From the NCBI GenBank assembly GCA_977016875.1, contig CDRNST010000005.1:248001-312000 (forward strand): DNA of 64,000 bases, read 5' to 3'. The DNA comes from Pavona decussata. Taxonomy: Eukaryota. How positions within the stretch are numbered: the stretch's first letter is position 1; every line of letters begins with the position of its first letter. Below, piece after piece: positions 49,090 to 63,550 of this stretch. A program made the translations under genes and the position numbers. The notes beneath the pieces were generated by a model. That model saw nothing but the letters and a program-made list of their open reading frames with translations, ran no database searches and was not told where the DNA came from.

Positions 49090-52000
49090 CGAAAACTGAG
49101 CGCTTTAAAAATGTTATTTGTTGTATGAAATAATATAGTTTTGTAAACATTTTTAATTTATTGCGTATTAATTTAATAGTAATAAATATTTGTTGCTGTT
49201 TCTTTAATTTCTGGCTTTCAATGGTGGTCTTTTATGACATATTATTACTTTATATTATTCTCGAGAAAGCAGACAAATTTCTGAGGGAGCGAGTGCGAAC
49301 GTTTTGTCTTGTAAAGAATAGATTCATTGATTCATGATATTTTTAGGTTAACCGATTTGGGCTGATCAGCTTGTCTTTGGTCTAGGACACGGCTTTGGTT
49401 GAGAATTGACTTTTGTGAAAGCATTAAAAATACACCGGATCTCAGTTTCATGATGGTTTCCTTTAACTTAAAGAAATTGTATCAAAGAATTCATTCTGTT
49501 TATCACTCCATTTGCCCCCTAGGTTAATTATTTATATCATCAATATCATCAATGCCCCCGCTACTTTAATCGTTAATCTACTTCAAAAGTCACGGAAATG
49601 TTTGTTTTTGAAGAACATTTACAGAAGACTATGTATTGTTACATGTGCGTGTGCATTATTCAGTAGGAGAATGAAACTCTTGTAACTTCTTTTGCTTTGA
49701 AACACAACACGTACATGTATGATTGAAGTAGTGAAATCATTTCGATGTAGTTTGAGAAAGATACGTCATAAAATTGTATTTTTGTTACTTCTCTGTACTG
49801 GATTAACGCACCAACTGACAACAATATTGTGAGCATACAACAAGAGTGGTGTGTCGTTTTGGTTTAAGAGGTTTCACCCGGAGCTGTAAACAGTAATTCT
49901 TTTTGAAATCAAGATAATTTGGTTTAACCCCCAAATTTCGTCTCCGAGGTTTACCAGTAACACAAAAATCCGTTAACACAACGTGTACCATATGTAAGAG
50001 GGTGTAGAGCAAAATTCCATATACCACAATACATCATCTAAAAAAGGTAACACTTTCTTTATAGCAATACACAGCTAAATGACCTATCTAGTTTTTATAC
50101 TAACCGGGCTCCAACCCTCAGTCCGGATACAAACTTATGTTAATAAGTGAGGATACTAACATCACATGCGAGTGCTTGCTTACGAACATTACCACAGTAC
50201 TGTTTTACAGGCCGGGGTGAGAGCTTTTTGTTAGAATCATTTATGTAGTTTTACAATAAGCTAATAAGCTAGTTTGCTAAAATTAACTTACAATTAACTA
50301 TTGTTGTTACAGTGACATCGAAAGAAAGCCTCCTAATTTTGACACTTATGTTGTTGACTGGCATCATCTTAAAATAAGAAAACTGATTTTTTTTATTTTG
50401 ATCAAAATAAATAAAAAATGACTAAGGACAAATGCAGAAAACTGGTAGAGATTCTCTCTTGATATTAAAACGAAGAAATACATGCCCATCGTTTTGTTTT
50501 TTTAATTTCAAACAGGAATGTTACAGAGGCCATACACTAACAGACTTAATAGAACACTGCGCTTTCTTTTGTTTTAAAGAAAACGGAAAATAACGGTATT
50601 TAAGTCAACACAATGGTAGGATGATGTGAATTATCACAAAAGTTGTCTCATCATCACCTTAATGGCCGTTAACACCCGCTTGGATTTAATCGGCAAATTA
50701 GCAAATACCTTCCCGCATCTATGCTACGTTTACTTATACTTAACATAATCAGACACACTTTGCCTTGGTGTGGCTAAGTCCTCTTCCACTATAGCGACTT
50801 ATCTTCAGTTTTTAATTTAAAATACTTCGTTAATAGTCGGTACTTCTTGAAGAAATTATAGTAGCCAGAATACGATCTGTCAGGGTAATCACGCTTGAAT
50901 ATTTTGATTACCCTGTCACCCTTGTAGTTACTGCTGGCATAATCTGTAGCATTTGCGCATTTGTCTATTACAGAACAAGTACAGTATAAGTTACTTCGTG
51001 TTAAACGTACCTTTACCTTGGTCAAAACCCTACAATTTAGCTCTGGTCGCAGGTTAAGTTGGTTGGTTTCTTCAATCTACGCGCGGGTATTTCCAGTGTC
51101 CTCAGTAATTTAAAAACCTAAAGTTGCCGTAAAAAAGAAAGAACCTCCAATTGGACTCTATTTACTCGAACGGCGTTGACGTAAGTTATTAAATTTTTAT
51201 ACGTCGTACTCGGATAAGATTCATCGTAATTAAGATAACCGCAGAGTTCATTGCTGGATACCGAGCAAAATTATTCACTGAAAGTGGAGTGTACTTCGCA
51301 AACTCTTAGCTACAGATCCTTATTTTTTATGACTGATGACATATTTGTTGCAAATCTCCTTCTTAGAACAAGATGTGGATACTGGGAATCAAAATTCAAA
51401 TGTTATCAATAACGAAAGATCTTCAAGTTACATGTTAGTTTTATTACTAGCAGTGATATGAACTTTTTCAAATAAATGTTCCCTTATGTTTTTAAAACAT
51501 TGCACATAAAGAAGAAATTGCGAAAATGTAATAATCATTATGAAAAACAAATGTAATTGGAATTACGTTTGAATAAGCAACACGAAGCTGAAAATCTACA
51601 TTCATAAGGTTTTGATAAAAGGAAAATCTGATAAACTTTTATATATTTATGACCTGTTACGCCACGGTTGGTCTTTCTAATTTATCAGACGGATCAGTTA
51701 TTTTGCTTCCATTGCCAGGTAAATACATTTACGAAGGAGCTAAGCTTAAAAGAAACTGTGGATTGCGTGGGTGGAAATAATCAAAGACGAAAATTTGTTT
51801 TATCAACTGAGCTAGATAAGGTAAAATTGGCCACCGAAGAGCAATTCAAAAGTTGATGCTTCAAGCACAAGCCATTCGCCAAAGCGAAAACAAAACGTTA
51901 TGTACAATGCATGTAATATTTTAATAACATAAGTGTAAGCCGAAGGTTGATGTGTTGTTTAAGGATTAGTTGATGTTAAAAATCACAACGCATGTGGGAT

Positions 52001-55000
52001 ACGTTCCTGCACAGTTGCATTAAAAGCAAGGCAGTTAGGGCAAATAACATTAAAAATTATATGATCAAATTATATAGTTATTGCATCACTGACTCATTTC
52101 AGTCGACTTTTCAGCTTATGCTTGTTTGACAGAATTCAGTTTAGTACATCATCTACAATCGTTAAATTGTAATCAGAAGAAGTCATTACAGCAAAACAGT
52201 TTTTCTTTTATTTCGGATTTTATCAAGACAACAGCTTACATAGACAGCTTAGACCCTGCATTACCACGAAAAATGTAACACGCACATCTAAAAGATTATC
52301 GACCACTGTTCCTCTATGCTAGCCAAAAAGAATTGAAGTTGCTAAGGCAGCCAATTCAGATAATGAATTTCCAAAGGTTTCCCGACCCAGCAAAGTAATA
52401 GGATCCATAAAGATTACAAGGCTTGGAAAGTGGTAAAAAAAACCTGGAAATCAGTCAAAACACTAAAACTTTATGAGATTCATCCTTTGAAACTGAAACA
52501 TGTTTGATTTGTAGTTTTTGACTAGGAGATCATCAGTTTATTTTGCGCCTTTTTTTCCCCTTTGGAATTCGCAAAACTCCCCAACTTTGTCAGACTGAAA
52601 GTGGCATTTTATCGTATAAGAATCATAAAAGCAGTGTCACGACACTGACATCTATTAACACCATTAAGGGTAAGAACTTGAGGGGGGGGGGTTGTCTTGA
52701 GGTGCTATTCCTATATCTACCGGTATACGGCGTCTTTGTAGCACCATAAGATATATCGCCATAGATCTAGCGAAAATATATAGTTCAGCTGTCAAAAGTA
52801 TTTTTCTGAGTTTCATGAAAGCACTGTTACGTTTCTCTGTCGAAAAGATGTCTAGTGGTTATTTATTTATTTAGTTTTTCGCTCTTTATAACAACTGGTA
52901 GTTTTTTCTTTATTGACATCATATCCCTTCAGAGTTACAGTTTGGCTGCACTGTGAAACGTAAACTAACCAATCAGAAGGCGCGAAAAGAAGGACTCAGC
53001 ATCAAAGGCGGCAATATGATTGGCCAATAAAATACCTTCGTTCTGATTGGTACCAAAATTTAACACTTGTTTTCAGACCCAATAACAAAAGCTTGATCAT
53101 CGCTTACAAGCGATGTTATAAGAAATCGTACGATTTGCATACAATAAGAATAAAGCATTTCAATTTCAAATATTTCATAAGACAAACTCAAGAAAATACC
53201 GGAGGACGTTTGATTCTGATACACTGATTCTTAATCGGCGAATTCCCTTAACGAAAAACGAGCTAGTAGACTCAAGAGATCATTAAAAAATTTTGTCTTT
53301 GTGTTAGCACTCTATAGCATTCCAAAATTGAACAGATAACAAATCACGATTATTGATGATGCAGGACATGGCAAATTCATGGAGAATTTTAGGGAGAAAC
53401 CGTTCATTTTTTAAGACGCAAGTTTTGATTTGATATGGTTTAGTGATAGAAGTTACACCTTTTTCAAAGACTAAATATTTGGCCGATAAATTATGCTATG
53501 AGTTAAGTATACGCGCTGGTTGAATTGTGACCTTTATTAAACAGCTTAAGTAAAGTCGATATTTAGTGCATGGCTGCATATATTAATAGCGGTGTCTTTA
53601 GCTTTTCAAAGAACTTAACTTGAATTTGTTAAGCATTTATTCGGCTTGTTTTGAAAAAATATTTCTTCTGAGTGGCATTGTTTGGTTACTGCTCTCACAC
53701 AAGTCGTGATACTTTGTGCCGGTTAAAGACAAAAATTGAATTGGGTTTTATTAAATTTCCGTAAGGACGTATGGTTTTTGCATTCATACGTTCAAAGGCC
53801 AAAGAAGAAAGTCGAGTATCGGCGAACCACAGCGATAGATTAAAGTTAAAACTACTTAAAATTTAATATCTATCAATGTAGATGAGACATAGAAAGATCA
53901 GCTGTACATTAAATAAGAGAAGTGAAAGGGTGAAAGTCTCCAAGTTGTAAAAATCTGGGTTTTCTGATGTCCCCGAGTTTATTTCTTAAAAAAGGACATC
54001 TCTCTATAACATTGCTTTCAGGTTAAGAAGTCGTACATTTTTCTTGAAGTTTTATGACGTAGTTTCCTTTTCCTTCAATGCATACTTACTTAGCTTGAGT
54101 GTCGATTTCCCTTGGAAAATGTTTACACTAAGGCAGTTTGAATACATGAGAGAAATCTGCTCTTACTTGTTAAGTGCTTAACTACAGAGGTAGCTCTGTG
54201 TAAGGACTAAGTAATGATGGGAAATAACGTTTGTAAAGAAACAGAAAATTCGCCAATATTGAGGCTGTGATGGATCAGTAGAAAATCAAAATGAATTATA
54301 CAGAACAGTTTGAGACTGAATTGATTGATATCAGGAAAAAACTTGAATTGTATACGCAAAGATACCTTAGGAATGGCGTCGAATTCTTCATTCCATGTAA
54401 TAAATGTCCTGAAAAACCCTTTTCACTGACCAAGACTCTTCGTATCCACGCAAAATTAAAAAGCTGCATCGATTCACAGCATGTCTCTTATATTTTTCGC
54501 AATCTGTGCTCTTTTCTATTAATGCTATGTCGGGATGATTTACATAATTAAGATTGTCCATTACCAAAGAAACTCAGTGAAAAATCAAGATAATAAAAAG
54601 GCCAAACCGCACTGAAAACAACTGAATATTTAGCTGCAGGACACGTTTTCATTTTTAAAAAAATTCATTGATTAAAGTGTGCATCCGTGGCATGTTAAAA
54701 ACAATTTTAATGGAGAGGGCGTGATACACTACTCATTCAATGTCATTCTTGAACTTACCTCCTCGTTTAAATAAGAATGCACTCACTTAAGCTACCAATT
54801 TCACCTCTTTCGTTTTTTTTCGTTTCTTTTTTGTTTTGGCTAATGGCGTTCGTATTAGATGTTAGATAAGGTCTCTAAAAACAACCTTTTCGTTAGTTTT
54901 GCAAGATTTGTTTAAGGTAAATATGAAAAATTCACTGTTTTGGTGTCTGGTTATTTTGCCAGCGGCACCAGGAAGTGAACATAAATCCAAGCACAGAGCA

Positions 55001-55260
55001 CACGGCTTATTGGACATGCGCACTGCTCATTATTAAACTCCTTTTAGCTTTGAGCCAACAGTTGCACGTCGAGGCGATTCTGATTGAGAATGTCGTCAGT
55101 TAAACTTTTTATTTTGGCCACTTTTTCAGCTTACCCACTAAGCCAAACCTTTATGATCTTAACTGACAGTGTTAATGCAAATTCACGCCCACCGATTTAT
55201 CGGCTCGATTAGTAAGTTCAATTTTCTTTTGGTTTTTCTGTTGGTGTAGGGTGAGTTGAA

Positions 55261-55418
55261 AATTGGCCTGATTCTAAAAACTCCATAATACTGCCACAGA
55301 TTTTTATAAATCGGCCTGATTCTAAAAACTCTATAGTACTGACACTGATTTTTATAAATCGGCCTGATTCTAAAAACTCTATAGTAGTGCCACTGATTTT
55401 TATAAATCGGACCGATTT
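55261..55418. repeat. 48-bp minisatellite (about 3.3 units)
   Basis: aatyggcctgattctaaaaactc at 55261, 55309, 55357. Confidence 0.88.
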
Positions 55419-56444
55419 TTCCCCGCGCGTTTATTTTCTATCTCATATTGGTCCAAATCGGTAGATGTTAATTAGCCTTTAAATGACACAAGTCAAGTTT
55501 AACGCCACGAGTTAAGCAAATACTCACAGTTTCTCTGTTGGTAAAGATAATTTTGTCCCTTTAAAAGGCTCGTTGTAAGATCTCGCAATGCATTCCAAGA
55601 AAAGATAAGATTGTCTAAGTTTGAGTATAGGTGGCTGAGGGCTATTAAAATACAGCAAAGGAAATCAACAGTTTTTTTTGTCAAAGCCGCAAGTTAGCTA
55701 ATTCAAAGAAGTACTTCATTGTTTAGGTACGAGCCTATGTGAGACCAGAAAACGAACGAATATTAAGTTTTTGCGCCTGTGAAGCGTAACATGATAAAGA
55801 TTTAGCTTTTGGCTAGAGGAAATTGTATAGAATAAATATTTTCAAGAGAGTTCGTGGGATGTTTTGGAGCCCTCTGTGACATGTTTTGGTTTGGATGTAG
55901 ACTTTAGTAACTTTGATATTAAGAACTGATTAATATAGAAAAACTAAAAGCCCGTATGACGATTTTCCGGTACAGAATTAATGACTTTAAAAAGCAAAGT
56001 TTGATGGCATTATCTCGGTAGAAACTCACGGAATAGACAGAAAAACGGAAAAGGTTTCTAAATTGGGCATGGTTTGTTTCATTTTGAGATATAAATTATT
56101 ATCTACTTACCCTTTTTCATAACAGATTAAGATTTCAGACAAAATAGAATAAGGATTAAAGGCAAAACATTAATTTTTGTCAACATTACTCTCAAATGAC
56201 GCTTTGCGGAAAAACTAAGGTTATAACACTTTTTCAGTGGAGATGGAATGAAAATCTTAGAATATATAGTAGAATGTTTCGTGCCCAACATTATTAAAAA
56301 CTGGAATGTAGGACAGTACAGTTCAAGGCGGATTCTGATTGGCTTAGTTGTCATGGAATATCAAATGTTATTAAAAACTGAATCATTGTATAATGCAATT
56401 CCAGGGATTTGATTGGCTTAGCGACCATGGCCGTGATATGAGCC

Positions 56445-56541
56445 ATTATACCATGCCCGAGAAATGGCGATCTTCTGGTTGTAGCGTAGCGAAACCAGCC
56501 ATATCTTACAATATTTCTTGATTGTTTTTAATGAAACAATG

Positions 56542-56573
<32 letters not shown>

Positions 56574-56591
56574 TATAGCGAACTCGGCGCT

Positions 56592-56627
<36 letters not shown>

Positions 56628-56670
56628 TGTGCGCTCGTGGAATAATTGTTAATTATACCATGCCCGAGAA
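56445..56670. mobile_element. Foldback repeat (about 100-bp hairpin, 56542-56643) bracketed by a 19-bp direct repeat
   Basis: attataccatgcccgagaa at 56445 and 56652; gttggatatgagatgat / atcatctcatatccaa arms. Confidence 0.6.
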
Positions 56671-57320
56671 CTAGATTTCCACTGAATCATCTTACGGTCA
56701 AAATTAACAAGATTTTTTTGTGGTTGTTTTCAGTTAATGAAACAATTTTTCCTCTAGCATTGATTCACATGATGCTGACTTTTAAAACTGAAAGAAAAAT
56801 ATCATATTAACCCTCGCAATGAATTTAGCAAGTTCTGAAGGAGTTAAACAAAAAATCTAAAAGTAGCTAAATGTCGTATTTTAATTTTAAAAAAAGTATA
56901 TTAAAAGTACTATTCAAAAGCGTTCGATTTCAAGAATAGCCACACGTCATATGAATTATTTTTCGGACAGAGAAATAAGTTAAAACCAGCCACCATGTAC
57001 AACTTCAGAAGTATTTGGTCACACAAGCTTAAGGATTTAATAATTAAAGTTAAAGACTAGAACCACTTAGCATAGTAGAATAAATAGCACCGAAAAAACA
57101 ACATATGAGAAGCTTTTAGAATTGAATCGACCGTCGCTTACCGTTTCATTCATGTTGTTAATAGTTAACTTCAATTTTCACACTGGTTAGCAAAAACGCC
57201 ATGGATCAATCGCCCGGGTCTATTGTAGGGGTTCATGGCCAACTCCTCCCGTGTCTTGTCGGAATGGAGCTAGTTCGAGTGAGAACTGCACCCTTAATAA
57301 GTTAAAGTTGACAGCGAATG

Positions 57321-57475
57321 GTGTTCCGTTAAAAGTGAAACTAATGCAAGAACGTTTTTCGTGTTCCGTTAAAAGTAAAACAAATGCAAGAACGTTTTTC
57401 GTGTTCCGTTTAAAGTGAAACGAAAGAAAAGAACGTTTTTAGTGTTCTGTTAAAAGTGAAACTACTGTAAGAACG
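57321..57475. repeat. 40-bp minisatellite, 4 units
   Basis: gtgttccgttaaaagtgaaac...aagaacgttttt at 57321, 57361, 57401, 57442. Confidence 0.9.
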
Positions 57476-57999
57476 GGTATCTTTACGTTTGTTCTTAAGT
57501 CAAACTTAGCTTTACTTTTACGATCACTTTCATCAGCCGCGATATAGCCGTATCAGGATGTGTATCACTGCAGCCGTCTAGCGTGATCGGGCCGCTCTCA
57601 CAGTTATCATGCATGTAGGAAGGAACAACGACAACTTTCGTTTAATTACTCAGTCAAGTGACGCAAGACGACTGATTTCTTAAACATAATTAAGATGAAT
57701 CAAGTTTGGAAATAGTTCTTTAGATACATTTAAGGAAATGAAAACAATAGTTTAGTTTCCTTTTTATTCTGGGTAAACAAAATACAAACTTTATCAGATA
57801 GATATCGGTGAATATACAACATCACTGAGTTTGAATTGATTGTATTTAGCAGTCAGCATGATTAGTGAAATAATAGAATAACTTCCCTGTGCACTGTTTA
57901 AGCTGCTGAGTTAGAAACCGCGTTTTCTGTTTGAGCAGCTGTCGAAGTTGACAAAATAACAACGACAGGGGGCAATGACTCCTTTTAATCTTAATTCCT

Positions 58000-58252
58000 C
58001 CCCTTAAATTTAACAATGAAGGAATTAAATTCACATCTCAAAACAAACATCGAAAATTTTTTTAACCATTATATGGGCGGAAATAGGCCGAGTAAATTGT
58101 GGAAATATCGAAAATAATATATTTACCCCTTAAATTTAACAATGAAGGAATTAAATTCACATCTCAAAACAAACATCGAAAATTTTTTTAACCATTATAT
58201 GGGCGGAAATAGGCCGAGTAAATTGTGGAAATATCGAAAATAATATATTTAC
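58000..58252. repeat. Perfect 126-bp tandem duplication
   Basis: ccccttaaatttaacaatgaagg at 58000 and 58126. Confidence 0.9.
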
Positions 58253-60068
58253 TGGATTGATCTAAAGTGTTAAAAGCGTAGGACTGTATAAATATATCAA
58301 ATGGGTTTTCAAGTATTTATAATGAACTTTCTCTCAAGGCCATTGTGAATGAACGAGCTGACCTTCGCTGCGTTTGAAAGGTACGTTTTGTATGATTTTC
58401 TCTTAGAAATATTCAGTTAATCTTCGGATTTTCAAAAATTGTCTATTTGCCATTCAAAAATTAGCTTTGCAACCATTAAGCCTTTTTTTTTTTTTTAATA
58501 TCGCTTTAAAATATAGATACAAATGTTTTACAGAGCTATCTTTACAGACATCTTTGTAAGATATAAGAATGTAACCATCGTTCTGGGGGAAATCTAGAAT
58601 TTTATTTCGTAATGTTATATGGTAGAAATCAATCCAATATGCGGTCGGATTTTTTTCCTGTTTTCATCTCCATTAGCTTACGCGGAAAAACCCGAACACA
58701 ACAAACTAAGTTAATTTGCGCAAAGGTCACTTTGAACTTCCCTTAAACATGGAAAATCAAACAACAACTGATCCCAAGTATTCTTTTCTCGTTATGTTTC
58801 CATGTCATCTTAATCTTCAGACATCCTATTTAGCTTCACGATGCTTTTTTGCCACACAAAAACCTTACGTGTTGCATATTGCCTTTGTTTGAAATTTAAG
58901 TGCGTTTGTCGCCGTCACTTTTATGGATTCAGAACGAGAGATGCTTTCATTTTTATTCAAAAACCGCTTCCAGAAAGCTGTTAATATTTCCACCTAGAGC
59001 TTTTCCCTGCCAGATTCCAATTATAGGATTTTTCAGACAGACCAATGTTTTAACGAAACAGCGGATCAACCCAAGAGCAGATTATTTAATAGAGAAAGTT
59101 TTTTTTTTTACTCCGATAAGATAATAAGTTATTGCGACAATTTCAAACACAAAGCATAAACAATCATAATTTAGCTTTACAGTTTAACCAGTTGGGTTTA
59201 ATTATTGCAGCAGTTGATCCTATCTGAAAATGAAGTTCTTATTTCAATAATCGCCTCCAAAGTAGATATGGCATGTCATTTTTAACTCATCGTTAACAAT
59301 TCGGGCCAAACTTTCCCTTCAGTCAGACTTCGTGTTAGTAACAAGTTTGTAACAGCTGCGGTTTGCGTGTTAACCGAATACTTTCCTAGCCCTTTATGGA
59401 CGATTTCCACTGTTGTCAATTTTTTTCGTATTTGCACTTCTTAAACTCAATTTCAGTGTTAAACATGGACAGGTAAAAACACAAGATATTAAAAACTTAC
59501 GAGTTTCGATCCAACATTTAATTTTTTGTTTTTCGCAAGCCGTTCATAAACCTTCTCTCTTGTATATTTGCTCCCTTAAAGCCAGTTATACACCTGACAA
59601 AACAACTTCAACCCGCTTAAAACCGCGAAACTTGCCTGCCTCCGTAAGACCAACGCGTTTAAGACAAATCTTGCTATGGCCACTTCTGCAGTCATTTTCT
59701 TGTCAAAAAAAAAAACAACTTGAACCCAGTTAATACGATCCTGGTTTATGACCCAGGTGTGCTCTCATATTTGAAATTCAGGCAACGTGAGTTGAATTTG
59801 TGAGTGGACAACGTGGTTTATTAAGGTAAGCACAAGTAGAAGAAGGGAAATTGAGCTGGTTTTCACAAACAATACAATGGACAATAATATGCCATACAAA
59901 TCGAGAGAAAACGCAAGCGCCATTGCAAAATGAGAAATGTTTTGAATTTTGTGCTCGCGCATGCGTCTAGGCTTATGTTTGCGCATTTGTCGTCAGGCGT
60001 TATTCCATTCTCATGGCCGGTTCTTGTACTTTTACTTATCTCGCGTGGCACATGAAATAATATAGAAG

Positions 60069-60340
60069 TTAAGGACGGTGCCTACTAATACCGAAGTATT
60101 TTTGCGCGGTTTAGGACAATGCACGAAATGCAGATTTTAGCAAGGGCTGATGGAATCCAAAAAGAAGATTGGCGGTAACCACGCATTTTTTCGAGATAAT
60201 AAGGCAACAATTATTCTAAAAAGCCTCAAAATACAAAGGAATATATGGCGTTTTTTTTCCAAATTGAAGCTTTGTTATCTCTGAAAAATGCATGGTTACC
60301 CGCAATTTTCATTTTGGATACCAAAAGCACTTGCTGAGTT
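60069..60340. mobile_element. One end of a TTAA-flanked (Kolobok-type) MITE
   Basis: TTAA|GGACGGTGCCTACTAAT start; no matching right TIR found. Confidence 0.4.
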
Positions 60341-60514
60341 CTACTTTCGAGCGAGGCAAGACAGGGTTAGTTCAGAAAATCCTCTCTCAAACATTTCTCT
60401 GTTAATTAAGGCCGGTTTTCTCAACAAGTTTTTTGACAATTTTGACTTGTTCGTGCGTGAAGGGGGAACATGGCTTTTGTGTCCGGAACCTCTCCCGTCA
60501 AAACATGGAATATC

Positions 60515-60825
60515 TCTTAGTGGAAAATTCATGGGTTCACTTTAGCACTTTAACATACACTGCAGAGTTAATTCTCTGATCCATCATTTGTGTCCTTAGT
60601 GCTAGCGAAACAGCATTCATTTGTACGCTCAATAATGTACCACCATAATCACCTGACGATCAAATCCGGAGGTCGTGGGTTCGATTCACGCCGAGGTCGG
60701 AGATATTTTCTTTGTCTCGCGGGATTTCCCATTTCCTTACTAGGGCTAACGCTCAGTAGGAAATTCATGGTTTCACTTTAGCACTTTAACATACACTGCA
60801 GAGTTAATTATCTGATCTATCATTT
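60515..60825 (+). mobile_element. tRNA-derived SINE with duplicated 3' tail
   Basis: B box ggttcgattc at about 60678; about 75-bp tail repeated at about 60515 and 60750. Confidence 0.6.
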
Positions 60826-60839
60826 TAAAAAAGAGACTT

Positions 60840-62340
60840 GTCAAGCAAAAAGGTGAAAAATGTTGTCCCATCGACACGAGAATAAAAAACACGTGTTCAA
60901 CAAGCTTTAAAGTCAAAAAACGGAGATTCGGAAATTAATTGACTTAATAATTAACATAAAATTAACATAAAATATTAATCCTGCACAAAATCAAGAGAAT
61001 ACAATATACCTCGAATCTTTTTCAACGAAAACATGACGAATTATAGACGAGGATTTGGTACGAGAGCAAGGGAAATGAAAAAGGATGGGCTTTTGACGAG
61101 TTTTTGGACTACGATGGCAAAATCTTTGTTAAAGCATCGCCGAGTGGCGATCCTGTTTGAATCTTCAGTGACTATGATTTAGACAACCTGTGAGCGAACT
61201 TGTTGTTTTATTCGACAAAACAATGTTTGAATTGACAGAGGAAATTTACCGTTACTGTAATCCTTACAAATAATCTTTTAAGCTTGTTGATTGACTCTGA
61301 GAGGAGGGAAATGGGTGGGAGCATTTACAAAGGTTAGTAACCAATACGGACTTTAAGTGTTCTGTGCTGTATATTTTCGGGGTTTTTTTTTTTATATTTT
61401 TGAGTGTATTTATTAAAGCCTATGTTGTACTGGATGTGATGTCTAACAAACAAATATGTAAAATCATCTCCCGAAATGTTCAAGGTATTAGAAATTCGAT
61501 AAAGAGGAGTAGCATTTTTACATATCTAAAAGATCAAAACTACCTTTTATTTTCTACAGGAAACTTATTTCGAACCGTGTGATGAGTAATTCTGGAAAAA
61601 CGAATGGGGAGGTGAAATCTTTTTTTCTCATGGCAATCGCCATCAGTAAAGGAGCTTGCATATTGTTAAATCAAAAATTCCCTAAGCGACAACTTAAGGC
61701 TGGTTTCCATATGATCGCGGATCGCAGATCGCAATAAGGTCTGCGATCTGCGATCATATGGAAACCAGCCTTTAGGAAGAATTAATTGTTTTAATTAACC
61801 TAATCTACAATTGTTCCAAAGACGTGTAGAGAAAATTGATTGAGAGAATTTCACTTCAAATTCATTCACAGAATTGTTGTTACTAAAAAAGGAGCTCTTT
61901 ATATTTAATATTAAATCGATAGTAATTGCATATACCGGCGGAGAACCAGACTCTATAGACCACACCTTTTTAGAGTGCCAATTTACAAAATCCTTTTCTC
62001 AGGATGTGCTACAATGGTTCAATGTAGATAATAATTGTTATTTTAATTTAATCACTGAAGATTTTCTTTTTGGTCTTTCTTCTGAGTTGAGTGTTCTAAC
62101 AAAGAAATTAAATTATACCCTCCTCTTCCTACGTTGTTATATTTATAACAGAAAGCTCCAGAATCACTCACCACCTCTATTGCTTCCGGACTTTATAAAA
62201 AAATATATATATATAAGTATAAAATTGAAAAGATTATTTAATATATATAATGAAAGCTCCTCTTCTTCTTAGATTGTAATATTTATCAAAGAGGATGATT
62301 ATAGGAATATATGGGATTCTAAAGTGTTGTCAGTATCGTA
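60840..62340 (+). mobile_element. Internally deleted L1/Tx1-like LINE relic
   Basis: ORF1-end DGKIFVK. APE endonuclease start KIISRNVQGIRN..FLQET..WKNEWGGEIFFSHG. C-terminal DSIDHTFLEC zinc-knuckle region. No RT seen. Confidence 0.72.
61697..61771. mobile_element. 75-bp PIF/Harbinger-type MITE, TTA TSD
   Basis: tta|AGGCTGGTTTCCATATGATCGC...GCGATCATATGGAAACCAGCCT|tta. Confidence 0.85.
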
Positions 62341-62834
62341 AGCTTTAGGCTTTAAGTGTTGTATGTGTTTGATATATAGAGGATATTACATGACCGCGCG
62401 GAGATACGAAATTTCTCTTCGAGTGATGAAAAATTTTTCACGAGTGAGCGCAACGAGCGAGTGAAATATTTTTCGACACGAGAAGAGAAATCTCGTATTT
62501 CCAAGCGGCCATGTTATGTTCTGTTTATTATATAAACACCAATGAAATACCAAATCATTGCAAAAGGTGCGATTTATTATATAACCATAGAAACGGTGAT
62601 CTTTTCACGTGTAAAAATGTAAAAATGTAATTTATTTACCCACGAAGTACCAAAGAGCTCTAGCCGGAACTAACATGTTATTTTCACGTTATATCAAGAT
62701 ATCATGTCTTCGCGCTAAAGCTCACCAGGTAGTTCATTAGTGTTTATATAATAAAAAGGTTTGTTGAAAAAAGACAATGCAATAGAATAATTATTTAAGA
62801 TGCCTCTTAAAAATTTACCTTGAAATCCCCTGAA

Positions 62835-63300
62835 CAAAAAGAGTGATTGGCACCCCTTCAGTCTCGGAGGCTATGGTGTCGCTTTCTGAATGGTGGCTCT
62901 GGGACGATATCTGGTGTGGCTGGAGACATGATGCCGATTCGAGGGTGGCAGTCTTTTCTACACTGGGAGCAGATGTAGTCTGTTTGAACTTCCATCTTTG
63001 CCTCAGTTTGTAAGGCAAGTGTCTCCTCAAACTGCACAGCCTCCCTCCAACCCGAGCGATCAGAGGCCAAGGTTTGCCATCTGTTGAGGTCAATTTCCAA
63101 GGCCTTCAGATCCCTTCTGCAGACATCTTTGTAGTGCAGCTGTGGTCTGCCTGTGGGGCTCCTTCCCTGCACTGGTTCTCCATAGAGGAGATCCTTTGGG
63201 ATCCGGCCATCGTCCAGATCCTTATACAACATGACCAAGCCTGCGCAGGCGTCTCTGTTTCAGCAGAGTGTACATGCTGGGAGTTCCAGCCCGCTCTACA
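62835..63300 (-). mobile_element. 3' end of an RTE-clade LINE
   Basis: DDGRIPKDLLYGE..GRPQLHYKDVCRRDLK..W..LASDRSGWR and CSQCRKDCHPRIG, typical of the RTE ORF C-terminus. Confidence 0.85.
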
Positions 63301-63550
63301 AAACGAGTAGATTAATAGTAAAGTAACAGAAAACCTACTTAATATCTAAAAATTTCAACGTAAACTTTCAGTTAGAAGTTAATCTAGACTTTTACAAATT
63401 TTAGAATACGACCTTTTATAATGTTTCTGGGCAAACTGTTCACTGTCGTACATGTGAGAAATTAAGAACTTCTTTATTACTTCAACTTCTGTATGTTAAG
63501 TTTGAATGGTGATTGAGTTGTTCTTTTTTAGTCTCCAGATTGCAACTGTG

